From positions 3,584,001-3,648,000 of the forward strand of contig OZ251997.1 in NCBI GenBank assembly GCA_965247095.1: a DNA stretch of 64,000 nucleotides, written 5' to 3'. The stretch comes from Candidatus Multivorans sp. Lineage in GTDB: Bacteria; Acidobacteriota; Thermoanaerobaculia; Multivoradales; Multivoraceae. Position numbers and translations under genes: made by a program. Each line of letters opens with the position of its first letter. Positions within the stretch are counted from its first letter, which is position 1. Below the pieces are notes generated by a model. It saw only the letters and a program-made list of their open reading frames with translations. It did no database searches and was not told the DNA's origin. Shown one piece after another: positions 63,841-64,000 of this stretch.

Positions 63841-64000
63841 CGTACCTGCTGGACACCCATGTCCTGCTGTGGGCCATCGGCAGATCGAAGAGGCTGTCCG
63901 CTCCCGCTCGGGAGATCATCGAGGACTCGCGCAACCGCGTACTGGTGAGCACCGTGTCCCTTTGGGAGGCGTCGCTGAAGTACGGGTTGGGGAAGCTGAA
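63837..64000 (+). CDS. vapC: VapC PIN toxin (partial, runs off the window)
   Basis: MTYLLDTHVLLWA...VSTVSLWEASLKYGLGKL; GTGA overlap with the antitoxin. Confidence 0.9.
   Translation, partial: MTYLLDTHVLLWAIGRSKRLSAPAREIIEDSRNRVLVSTVSLWEASLKYGLGKL

Overview
High-GC bacterial chromosomal window; the gene content and order suggest Acidobacteriota, possibly Thermoanaerobaculia-like (inference only). It is mostly housekeeping: HD phosphohydrolase, lolA-tgt-yajC-secDF-rel, accBC-thiE, aroK, a system I ccm cluster lacking ccmC, an ECF sigma operon, proS, a CorC/HlyC transporter, ilvA, two tRNA-Val, thrS, rpmI-rplT-zapB-zapA-6S RNA-rny-ymdB, pagL, ispA-tlyA-nadK, ribBA, gmd, sat-cysC and metH. Accessory inserts: (1) AbiEi plus an AbiEii-WYL-Zn-finger toxin beside the tRNA-Val genes; (2) an ABC-ATPase/PIN/RNA-ligase cassette where infC normally lies; (3) a four-gene catabolic islet; (4) a modular array of secreted PPC-domain proteins with a poly-Gly-linked HEXXH tail; (5) Phd/VapC TA genes. 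Intergenic DNA carries a modular family of palindromic REP/MITE-like elements that often sit at CTAG sites in stop codons or -10 boxes and show compensatory base changes. An unannotated Pro/Asp-rich leader ORF containing EPDP is coupled to the CorC gene. All calls come from reading the sequence; no database searches were run.
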